A DNA stretch of 64,000 nt from Hyphochytrium catenoides (Eukaryota > Protista > Hyphochytriomycota). Positions 1 to 11,317 of the stretch are shown piece after piece. The stretch lies in assembly GCA_900088475.1 (NCBI GenBank), contig FLMG01003519.1:1-64000 (forward strand). Direction: 5' to 3'. Positions within the stretch are counted from its first letter, which is position 1. Each line of letters begins with the position of its first letter. Position numbers and translations under genes: made by a program. The notes under the pieces are model-generated. The model made no database searches. It was not told where the DNA came from and saw nothing but the letters and a program-made list of their open reading frames with translations.

Positions 1-3000
1 CATCCCTTCGCACGCGAGAGATCTTTCCGGGATAGTACTTGGATCGACCCTTGAAGCGCGCCTCGACCTTCTGTCCCTCTTCCAGCTTGGAGTCATCATC
101 CTTGTCTTTGTTACCTTTCTTCTCAGACTCCAACACGCGGATGAGGTCCCGTGTGATGCGATCCTCTTTTTCTCCATCGTCATAGTCAATGTCGTAGGTT
201 CCATCACTTCGGACGCGAGAGATCTTTCCGGGATAGTACTTTGAGCGGCCCTTGAAGCGTGCCTCGACCTTCTGTCCCTCTTCCAGCTTGGAGCCATCAT
301 CCTTATCCTTGTTGCCTTTCTTCTCAGACTCCAACACACGGATGAGGTCTCTTGCCACGCTTTCTTCTTTCTCTCCATCATCATAGTCAATGTCATAGGT
401 CCCATCCCTTCGGACGCGAGAGATCTTTCCGGGATAGTACTTGGATCGACCCTTGAAGCGCGCCTCAACCTTCTGTCCTTCTTCTAGCTTGGAGTCATCA
501 TCCTTGTCTTTGTTACTTTTCTTCTCAGACTCCAACACACGGAGGAGGTCCCGTGTGACGTGATCCTCTTTCTCTCCATCGTCATAGCTGATGTCGTAGG
601 TTCCGTCACTTCGGACGCGAGAGATCTTTCCGGGATAGTACTTGGATCGACCCTTGAATCGAGCTTCAACCCGCTGTCCCTCAACCAAATCTGACGTGGT
701 GTCATCCTTCGTGACCTTCTTTTCGTTTTGAGCAGGCCGAATGAGATCTTTTGCTACATGATCTTCCTTCTCTCCGTCGTCATAATCAATGTCGTAAGTA
801 CCATCGCTTCGAGCTCTGGAGATCCTTCCAGGATAGTACTTCGACCGTCCTTTGAAGCGCACTTCCACTTTGTGGCCAACCTCTAACTCAAACTCCTCGT
901 CATTTGCCTTGTTACTCCTATCCTGGGTCGCAATCACTTGGATGCGTTCCCTACTCACATGATCTTCTTTCTCGCCATTTTCGTAATCAATGTCGTACGT
1001 TCCATCACTGCGGACTCTAGAGACCTGGCCAGGATAGTACTTGGATCGTCCATTCAATCGCGCTTCCACCTTCTGACCCTCCTTTAATTTAGAGCCGAGT
1101 CCCGTCTCTTTCTTCTCGTTCTTGCTCTCCAGCGGCCTAATGAGATCTATAGTTACGTGATCCTCCTTTTCTCCGTCTTCATAGTCGATGTCATAAGAGC
1201 CATCGCTTCGTACTTTTGAGATCTTCCCTGGATAGTACTTTGCCCGCCCCTTGAAACGTGCCTCCACCTGTTGACCTTCCTGAAGTTTTGCCTTTCCTTC
1301 CTGTTTCCTTCCGGATTCTAAGGGGCGGATAAGGTGTCCGGACACGCCTTCCTCCTTCTCACCATCGTCATAGTCAATGTCATACGTGTCGTTGGTATGT
1401 ACTCGCGCGATCTTCCCGGGATAAAACTTGGATCGGCCCTTGTAGCGTGCTTCTACCTTTAATCCCTTTTCTAGCTTCGGGTTCTTCTCTCCTTTGTCGC
1501 CTTTGCTTCGCGTCTCCTCTTCTCCATTATCTAAGTCCCTGACGAGTTCAGCAGACACTTGGGACTCCTCTTCGCCGTCATCATACTTTATGTCATACGT
1601 GCCATTCAACCGAGTACGCTTGATGGTACCTGGATACCACTTGGATCGACCTCCAAAACGTGCTTCTATCTTTTGACCCTCTTTGAACTTCGCTCTGGTG
1701 CTCTTGGTTTTCGTTCTTTCATCCTCAGTTGAGTCAGTGGGAGCCGGAGCATTCTTCTTTGATGGTGAGACCGCCTTGGTTGAATCGGATTTTAAAGGTC
1801 GAATGAGCCCTTGCGATACGTGATCTTCCTTTTCGCCGTCGTCATAGTCAATGTCATACGTGCCGTCACTTCTACAACGGGTTATGGTCCCAGCGTAGAG
1901 CTTGCTCTTTCCTTTGTACCGAGCCTCAACTTTTTGTCCTTCTTTAAGCTTTGTCTCATTGCTCCTTGAGTCGGTCTCTGTCTCGCTAGCGCTCAACGGC
2001 CTTATCAGCTCCGCTGAAACCTGTGACTCCTTCTCCCCGTCATCGTAATGGATGTCATAGGTACCGTTCAGTCGAGCCCGACTGACTACCCCGGGGTACC
2101 ACCTTGAACGGCCACCAAAGCGTGCCTCTACTTTCTGACCTTCTTTGTACTTCTCCACCTTCAAGCCGTTTATCTTGGTCTCCTCTTCAGAGGATTCAAT
2201 AGCCCTTGCATTCTTCTTGGGCGACGGTTTAGTTGCCTTGGATTTTATAGTACGGATGAGCTCTCGTCCAACGTGGTCTTCTTTCTCGCCATCGTCGTAC
2301 TCAATATCGTAAGTACCATCACTTCTACATCGGGAGATGACCCCGGGGCAAAATTTGCTTTTGCCCTTGAACTGTGCCTCTATTCGCTGACCTTCTCGGA
2401 GCTTCTCAACCTTCGCTTGAGATGTCTCTGTGTCAATCTCCGCCACTGGTAGAGCTCGAATTAAGTCGGCTTTTACTTGTGTCTCAGACTCCCCGTCGTC
2501 ATATTTGATGTCGTAGGTGCCATTGAGCCTCACTCTGCTAACAGTGCCACGATACCACTTAGCTCGAGCACCCAATTGCGCTTCTATCTTCTGTCCTTCC
2601 TTATACTTGGTGGTGCTGCCCTTCTTATCTTTCCGGTCCTCTTCTGTAGTGTCCGAACTGGTGCCCAAAGACTTCTTTGTAGGCGACTTGGGCCTGGAAG
2701 ATTGTGGTTTCAGGGGCCGTATAAGATCGCGACTGACTCGTTCTTCCTTCTCACCATCATCGTACTCAATATCAAAGCTGCCATCACTGCGACAACGAGA
2801 AATGACTCCCGGCAAATAGGTAGGCTTGCCTTTGAACTGGGCCTCCACCCGTTGACCTTCCCTAAGTTTGCTACCCTCGGGCGCGCGCGCGTCGGCGCTA
2901 TCTGTATCCGTCTCTCCTGCTAGCGCTCGTATGAGGTCCCCCGAGACCTGAGTCTCTTTTTCCCCATCACTATAGGTGATGTCATAGGTACCATTCAACC

Positions 3001-4640
3001 TAGCACGTGTGATGGTCCCGCTAGACCACTTGGCACGGCCGCCAAACCTCGCCTCTACCTTTTGACCTTCCTTGAACTTTCCCCGCGTAACTTTTCTCTT
3101 TGGTACTTCATCTTCCGTGGAGTCTGAAGGAGCTAAGCTCTTCTTCGTAGGAGACTTTGACTTCCCAGACTCAGTCTTAAGGGGTCGGATGAGCTGCCAC
3201 CGAACATGATCTTCCTTCTCCCCATCATCGTACTCAATGTCGTATGTACCGTCACTGCGGCTCCTACTAATCGTTCCGGGATAATATTTTGACTTTCCCT
3301 TGAATTGTGCCTCCACGCGCTGCCCCTCTCTCAGCTTGACCTGCTCTATGTTACTGGAGTCCACCCCTTCGGAATCTGTACCACTTGAGATTGGAAGTCT
3401 TAGTGATTCTGGTGATACTTGGGTCTCCTTCTCACCCTGCTCAAAGGTAATATCGTACGTCCCGTTGACTCTCACACGGGCAATGACTCCTGGCCGCCAA
3501 TTCTTCTCGCCGGCAATCCTAGCCTCCACCTTCTGCCCCTCCTTATATCTCTTGCTTGTTTTCTTGGTGCCTTCATCCTCCGTCGAAACTGGATGACGAG
3601 TTCTATTTGTTGGAGACTTGGCCTTCTTGACGGCCCGGATGTTCTCAGGCATTACGTGTTCCTCCTTTTTGCCGTGTGCGTAGTCAATATCATACGTGCC
3701 ATCCCGCCGACTTCTAACGATAGTCCCAGCCAGCCAAGAGTCACCTCTGTACCGCGCTTCAACCTTCTGATCCACGGAGTACTTCTCATGGTTATTAGTG
3801 TCGCTACTGGAGGTCGTGGCAGGTTCTGGAGGATCCATCTTGCTATGATGACGGACATCAACCTTCTCTACTCTGGCCAGCGTGTCGCCTTCTTCAAATT
3901 CAACGTCGTACGTCCCATCACTTCTGGACTTGACCACCACCGCCGTCCTCCACCTTTCCTTCTTGTCTTTAACTCTAACCTTCTGACCCTCCACGAAGTT
4001 GTTGTTCGCTTTACCTTTACTTGATGAAGATCTGCCGCTTTGTCTGATGTACCGCTTGGAGATGCGCTTTTCCTCGACCCCATCGTCTAGACGGACATCG
4101 AAGGTTCCGTCGAGTCTTTCTTTACTAATCACACCTTTCCGCCATGTATCGTCGTCATCAGTCCTGACCTCCACCACCTGGTTCACCTCAAAACTAGTCT
4201 CGCAACTTCCCTTTTTGAGTGTTTGTAGTTGATGACGCTTTACAGTTTGGATCTCTCCATCGTCAAACTCTATTTCATAGATACCCCCGGCCTTGACTCG
4301 CACTATGGTGGCCGGAAGATGACGACCGCTGACCCGCGCCTTCACCCTATCGCCGCACGACAGCTTAGCGCCGTTTCCACCTTCTTCGTCGCTGGACAGA
4401 CTGTCCTTATCCTTGGGCAACTTAACAGAATCCTCATCATCTTTTCCTCCCTTCTTTGACTCCTTTCTCCGTTTCTGTGTTGCGAACCGGATATGAGACG
4501 CCAAGATGTTGCGTATCAACGTCCCATCCAGAAGCTCGATATCAAAAGTGCCGTTAAGGCGCTCCTTGACGATGTGTCCAAACATCCATTCCTCACTGTC
4601 TAAAAGAAATACTTCCACATCATCATCAACCTCATAACGT
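1..4640 (-). repeat. Coding tandem repeat array of about 22 Tudor-like units (about 200-250 bp period; 201 bp period at 1-700)
   Basis: gagatctttccgggatagtactt recurs at about 18, 219, 420 and 620; units become more divergent toward 4640. Confidence 0.9.
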
Positions 4641-6140
4641 GGCTTGTCCCGGAATGACTCGGTCTCTTTAGGAATGGAGTTGCGCCCATTGTCCTTAGGT
4701 TTTCGAGAAGAGAGGGCGTGGCTTCGAAGAGGTGCATAGCATATCTCGCACTTGGCAGAACTAGAATCATTTCCCGCGTACCCGCAGGAGGAGCATTTGC
4801 CTTTGGTGGTGTTCAGCTTGCTCTCCGGTCTGCTGGCCTCGCAAACCTCACACCTCATGCTCCAAGGAATCGACTGTTGGTGCCTACAGATAGGGCAACA
4901 CCATCCACCAGCAGCAATCTAAAAAATTGTGTCAAACATCAGCATACAGACCACCACGTAACTGGCCCTGGCCATGGGCTTCCTACCTGAGCTCTATTTG
5001 ATTCCTGACTGTGCCGAACAGCTGTCCTTTCCGGGAATCGGACTTCCTGGAAATCGAACGCCTTGATTGCCTTCGGAGGAAGGGGGTCGGCATTCACAAA
5101 CAGTGGCTGTGCCACTGGGTGACGCAATTGAGGCTGAAGAGGAGACTCCGAAACGCCAAAGTGCTTGGATTCCGGAGCCATATTCTGGAAAGCCACTACT
5201 TGCTTCATCGTCTCGCAGAAGAATCTGTAGTTGACTTGACTAGAGTTGTGAGGGTTCTCGAATTGGTCAGCGATAGCTATCAGCTCGTAGTCTGTCAAAG
5301 GTAGACCCAGCTGCTTACAGACTAGCAGAAAACTCTGTCGCTCAGTGAAGCCGTCTTGGAAAGCATCAAACGGTTTAAACATATCCGTGACTCGGAAGCC
5401 TTGAAAGGCGAGCCTTCTTATGGCCTCTGATAATTTGATCGCCACATCTCTCCTGACCGAAAGGGACGTTAACATCCCCAACTCAAGAGGGAATAGTAGC
5501 TCTTTCCTTACCTCTCATTATCGTCCAAGGCAATCAGGTTGAGGAACTGACCGTAGTCTATCCATCCGCTGGAGGTTCGATCAAGGTAGCTCTCCAGATA
5601 TTGCCACGTCTGGCCATCGAGGTGAGCCCCTACTTCCAAGAGCAACCTTTGGAACGAAAGAGTATCTACGTAGCCGGACTGACTTCTATCGAGGGTTTTC
5701 AGAGTTGAGGCAAGGCCCCGAGAGCTAGAGCTAATGGAGAAGCTCTGGCGCACTATAGTTCGAATCTGCCGCCCCAGATCAAGCCCCAGGGCTGGAGGCT
5801 GTGTCTGGATCAACTGCTGATAGGCAGGCAGGTTGGCGGTCTGCAAAGTTTCAACAAAGCCACCGGGGTAATTCTTACGCCCATTATTTGCTAGAGTTGC
5901 ATGTACCAGATTTCCTCCTAATGGGGTTGCGTTTTGCCAGTTGGAGTACGGTGGCTGCGTTGCTGGTCGGAGACTATCTGGCGAGTTGGGACTCAGATTA
6001 GATGGAAGGAGATAGGGTGGATATCTGACTGATGTTGATGCGTCGCTCTGTAGATCTGGCAAGGCAGAAGCAAGCCGTAAAAGCTCAACCAACTCTGGGT
6101 TATCGGGCTCGGCCGTTCGTGAAGGAATTCCATAGTCCAT
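1..6140 (-). CDS. Giant EF-hand + 2x RanBP2-type zinc finger + multi-Tudor/Agenet repeat protein (3' end off-window, start uncertain)
   Basis: EF-hand-like loops DRSQSGYVDTLSF, DRTSSGWIDYGQF and DAFQDGFTERQSF in ORFs 5508-6140 and 4939-5481, joined by GT-AG introns. The exon starting at 4918 reads WCCPICRHQQSIPWSMRCEVC and CSSCGYAGNDSSSAKCEIC, then about 22 units like EGQKVEARFKGRSKYYPGKISRVRSDGTYDIDYDDGEKE. The frame at 4918 matches the frame at position 100 and I saw no stop before the window edge, which explains its absence from the ORF track. Confidence 0.85.
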
Positions 6141-6753
6141 AGCTCCTAAGCCTACCGAAGTGGGGCCAGCAACAACCCTAATTCAAGCCCAGGATATCCA
6201 ACATGAAGCTCTTTTTGATAGAGTCCCCACTATTAGTTCCGCTCTAGACACCAGATCCCCGGATGACGGTTCAACCATTTGACTTTCCCGGAATCTCAAT
6301 AAGCCTGCATCTGCATCTGCATCTGACCCAAGCTTCAAACATCACCTTGTAACGCCCGCGTGATAAGACTCGACGGAGATGCAGCGCCATGTGCTTGGCA
6401 GGAATAAGAGCTCGTGGTATTTGTCATTAGCACATAAAAGGGTCATACATCACGGATATCGTACGGTGAGCGTTTGTCACACGCTAAGGGTTACTGCTTA
6501 TAACTACAACAACACTAGAGCGACAGGTGAAAGGTTCTATTTGAAGCTTTGTCAGATGCAGACGCGGATCATCTATTGGGACTCCAAAAAGCGAATGGTC
6601 AAACTCCTTCCAACCTCCCCAATTTATCGGCAATAGCAACCTTTAGACAGGCAGCGCACATTGATGAGGGAGGTATTTCACTCCTACAATTGCTTTTCTG
6701 AAGTAAAGTGCCGGCATTCTGATCCGTAGCGAGACGCTACATGAAGCTCTCCA

Positions 6754-9700
6754 ATGATTACGGCTAATAGTGTAGATGGTGCGGAGACAAAGGCAGCTAT
6801 CACCCTACAATGCTTTGTTAGGCGGCTTGCCAGCGCTCGCGCGCTGCGAGACCAAGCGAGTGCCATCTATGTCTTACAGAAAGGTAATTACGTGTTTAAT
6901 CAGCCTTTCTTGAGCCAAGTCCTTTAGGCTTATGCTCCGATAAGCAGATGAAAAATCAGGCGGCCCGACGTACTACTACAACAAGCATCGACAGACAAGG
7001 GTCCCGGAGAACGCTTGGCACCGATGGCTGAAGCTCGGGCGGCTAAAGAAGCCATCTCTTCGTGCCAGGGAAGAAAGCCAAGCCGTGATTCGTCTTCAGC
7101 TTGCTTACCGGACCTTCGCCGCTAGGCTCCGATTCCGGGCCATTTTACGTGACAATTTTCTGAAGGTCTACGGTTGGTGATGACGAAGCGGTAGACGATG
7201 TTATCGACAATGACTAAGTATTGATTTCTTAGACTCCAAGGTGAAGGAGTTCTACTATGTGAACTCAAATACGCGGCAGGTGCTTTCTGCCAAGCCCAAA
7301 TTCCTGTCGGACAATGACATTGAGGTGGAACATTTCATCCATCGCCGTGCGGTATGCCGGATTGTCGTACCGGACGCATCTGAGAGGGGCAGAACTGCTT
7401 CCGTCTCGAAGGGACAAAACTTGAAAGGACAGCAGAATCCCTCAGCTCCCTTGGTTCACAATTCAGCTGTCCTCGTTACATACCATGGTTTGCCCTGTAT
7501 CTTGGCAACTAACTCGGCCCTAGGAAGCGTCTCCGTGGCAGAGGTTGCTAAGGCACAATTTGACTATGACGGAGGTATACTGCAGCCCACGTCGGATTGA
7601 TGTGTTTATCCAATAACAGTTCCACACAGATCCTACGTCACACCCCTTCTGCGTCAACCTTAGGCCAGACATTTTGTTCTTCTCTTCGGATACGCCAATG
7701 ACAGCTTATCCCTCGGAGAAGGAACTCAACTTTTCTCTTGTCGCCTGTGACGCTTCCACCCTTGACGAGAGTGGCTCCGCCAGGGCAATTTCCCTCCAGC
7801 AAAGCGACGCAAAGAACTCATGCTCGGCTGACATTCGAGATGGTCCGTTCGAAGTCCTCATTCAATCCTTCAGCTCTCTATCATTATCAATCCATTCGAT
7901 CCTCATTCAATCCTTCAGCTCTCTACCAATATCCTTATTAACAAGCTCCCCTTAGGTGATCCCGTTGAGATTGTGGGACACTCAGGCCAACAAGTGCGCG
8001 CAGTTATCCAAGGGATCATTACCGGCGTTAGCAAAGACAATCAAGGGAAGCCAACCGACATCGCTTATGAAGTGTCGCGATCACTAGGCATGCTTGTCGG
8101 TGCCCCTATCTTTAGACATGGTAGACTCGTTGGGCTTCACCGCTCCGCAGACGAGTTATCCAAGAAAAGCTATAAGGGTCTTGGCATCACGCGGCTTATC
8201 GCGTACATTGAACGAGCCGCAGGTGCGCTTCTTAGCTGATGAGGTCAGCGTCCTTATGCTTTAATATACTGCTCCTTACGTCCTCGCATACCAGCAACTA
8301 TCAATCTAAGCTGCACTAACAACTGTTTCGCTACCATAGTGCCGGAACCGCCGCTCATTGTAGACTGCCTAACGACCGAGAAGTCAATTGAGTTGAATTT
8401 CACTCGACCACTGTACCACACCGAGATCCATGGTCTCGAATCAGCTTTTTTGTTGGAAATGGCCTACGGGGATGCGCCCCGGGCTAAGGAAGGAAACCTA
8501 GCGGGAGGACGTAATGCCAAAGATCTCGAGTTCCATGAGGTTTATCGTGGCCAAGAAACCAGCTTCTCTGTCTTTGGACTTTCTGCTAGCACAAGCTACA
8601 CTTTCCGTCTGCGACTAATCAACCAGATCGCTAGGAGCAAGTGGAGTGATGCCCTCACAGTTAAGACAATCCCAGGTGAGGTCTTCCGCTTCACTACCAG
8701 CAAGTTACGCCCATTTGGCTCATCCTGCCTATACTACTTTCTAGCCATAAACCACCCTTCTCTTACTACCAAGCTGGATGGTGACGGATACCAATCAGTG
8801 AAGGTTCTTATGAAGCATTGGCAGGACCCACGCATTGTAATGGAGGCAACCCGGGCACTCTCAACGCTTTGCTTAGGGAAAAGTTGTACGGAAAAAGTTC
8901 GTTCGTTATCTGTACCGACCCTTCTGTTAATACACTTGCTGCCCCTTGGACTGCAGACAGATGGCGCGACGAAGTCAGGTCCACTGAGAAGCGATATCTT
9001 GATTGTGTGAAGTGTCTTGTAAATATTCTCGAGCAGCCGCCCGAGATATATGACAGTGAAGGGAGGTTCTATGCCAACATTGCCTGCATACTTGAGGCAG
9101 TTTGCGTGGATGGAGGTACGGCGAATGACTCCGGCTATAAAGTACAAGTACAGCTCTAACAGTGTCATGCTATTGGTCAAGGGGATCTTTTTCCCATGAG
9201 GGCCGACAGCCAGGGTTTGCTAGCCGCCCTTATATCATTTATCCAAAGTTGCACCGTCACGAGACCAAGGTGTCTTGGATCAATTCTTAGTCTGGTCCTG
9301 GAGCTTGTTTCCACTTGTGGTCAGTTTGTTCAGCTCCTCATGTCAATCTACCCGCGTCACTGAAGGAATGTAACTTCACAGACATGCTAAAGCATAAGCT
9401 TCTTACGCTAAATGGAGTCCAGAAGCTTTTGCGTGCTCTGGAGGAGTTGTTAGATTTTGATGACGTAGTTAAAGAGGCATGTCGACTCATTGCTACACTG
9501 GCGCTCAACAATGGTAAGGTAACATGTTGTTGGAAGCGGATTTGTCCTGCCAACACAGTCCTCCAATCTGCACAAAATTCCCCGCTACAGTCCCGTTCCA
9601 GACCGCAATGATGGAACACGGAGGACTCTCCTTGCTGTCTGAAGTGCTCACGTCTGCCGTTGCGGATGACTTTGGGGTTGCCAGATGGGCACTCCTTGCT

Positions 9701-10364
9701 GTGGGTAATACCCTCTATATGAACGGTAAGTATCAAACATTAAAGGGTTAATTAGTCAATGATCAAGCTGATGCTTCAATTCACAGAGGCCAATAAGGAA
9801 GCTGCTGATAGGTGTGAGCTCCTAGATTCAGTATACAAGAGGCAAGCTTACGCAATCAACTCACTCTGTCGGCTAAAGGCCGAAATCGATGAATCTGAGC
9901 GAGATCTAGAGGACCAAAGAGAACAGCTCGCGTCTCGTTATGATTTTGCGGAGCTAACCAGGCTGGAGACTCAACTCCAAGAACTGAAGGGCCAGTTTGG
10001 CAACCTTGAGAGAGAGCAAGTCTTACAATGTGCTAATTATGCTGCTGAACAGATTCCTCCCCTTATCTTCAACCAGAAAGTCAAAGCCCTTAGAGCAGCA
10101 AAGTTAAGGATAGAAAGAGCAATGCTAAAGCTCAGTCTCGGTAAATGGGTCAGGGTTACGAAGGAGCAACAGCTTGGGCACGCACTAGCTTCTACCTTAG
10201 AGAGGCGCAGACTGAAGCAGCTAGCGAGAGGATTTGAGAGATTCCGAGCCGCGTGCCAGAGCAACGGAGGAGGATTCCGGACTCTCCTCAATAGAGTTCG
10301 GCGCAAGAAGCCGTTATTTAGCACGAGTACTACAGGGACCACCAAGATCTCTCCCGAAGTATGA
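6754..10364 (+). CDS. Multi-exon IQ-WW-IQ-WW / inactive trypsin-like / FN3 / ARM / coiled-coil protein (start uncertain)
   Basis: Spliced exons give AAITLQCFVRR (IQ), DEKSGGPTYYYNKHRQT (WW-like), AVIRLQLAYR (IQ) and DSKVKEFYYVNSNTRQVLSAKP (WW-like). These are followed by trypsin-like AVCRI...GAPIFRHGRLVGLH, FN3 VYRGQETSFSVFGLSASTSYTFRLR and ARM-like EACRLIATLA / ARWALLAVGN. Confidence 0.75.
7855..7925. repeat. 26-bp exact direct repeat inside an intron
   Basis: tcctcattcaatccttcagctctcta at 7855-7880 and 7900-7925. Confidence 0.85.
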
Positions 10365-11317
10365 AGGAAGAGTGCCCTTGGGTGTCCTCTGCTCGACTGG
10401 AAACTGTACAAGTAGTAGTTCTACAGGACAAGCGGGACACGCACTCAAGTAATAATAGGCCTTCTTCGTCTATCATTCAAACTGCTCCATTCGGGGTTGC
10501 GCGTGTGTGCAGATCGCAGAAGGGAGGACTGTACTGTAGTTTCTACGGGCCCGAGATAACAGTGAGTAAAACAGTAGTAGAACTACGAGTAGAACTCCCG
10601 TCTACGAACTACTTGTAGTTGGGAGGTCAGCTCACGCTCCATTGCAGTTGTTGGTAATAATAAACCTGCGGGATATTTGTTAGAGATCACTTCACTTGGA
10701 TCGGCCACTCTAGTTACTAAATGCTTCATATGCTAGTTACCATTCCTTTTATGGGGTATGGGTTATCGTTGCCTGCAGTTTTTGATTACCAGGAGCTGGG
10801 ACAGCCCTTGTTGTTCCCTTCCTGTCTCTCTCTCTTTCCCACCACTGGCTGAATGGAAGAATGGGGCCATGTTTAGAAGCCCAACAAAAGAGGCAGAAAG
10901 GGGGCTAGAGAAAGGAGCGGCGACTCACAGCAGAAATCAATTCTTCTCTTCCAATATTATCTTTTGGCGCCGACGATTCTGAGTGTGCATTACTTTGGTG
11001 GACAAGCGTGAGACTGGGATCTTGCGTCTAGTAGTATGAACCCAGTCTTTCATTATCTGTTGAGTTCTTGGTAAGCCGTAGTAGGATGACTGCGGGCGTC
11101 TATGGCAGTTTCACCACGTAGCACTTTGTGTTTGCTATATGTTTCGTGAGCGTCATAGATTGTTGTTACTCGTCACCGCGTGTCGTTCTTCGGCTTCGTC
11201 TGTTTGAGACCACAGTCATCTTTCAATTGCGTCTTCGTCGATCGCGATCTCTCTAGGAGAGACCGTCAAATAGTTGTCAGTCACAGTCCCACACTTTGGC
11301 CATCCATTGTCTGTCAA

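Noticed and set aside
1494-4459. Plus-strand ORFs over the Tudor array
   Set aside because: Antisense shadows of the repetitive minus-strand CDS.
1-4640. Regular repeats suggestive of a CRISPR array or satellite
   Set aside because: Units keep frame, vary mostly at synonymous sites and encode Tudor domains; the context is eukaryotic.
6183-6278. ATG at 6278 in frame with the Tudor gene but interrupted by one TGA (selenocysteine or readthrough?)
   Set aside because: No redox motif or SECIS seen, and TGA acts as a normal stop in other genes here. 5' UTR or unresolved splicing is more likely.
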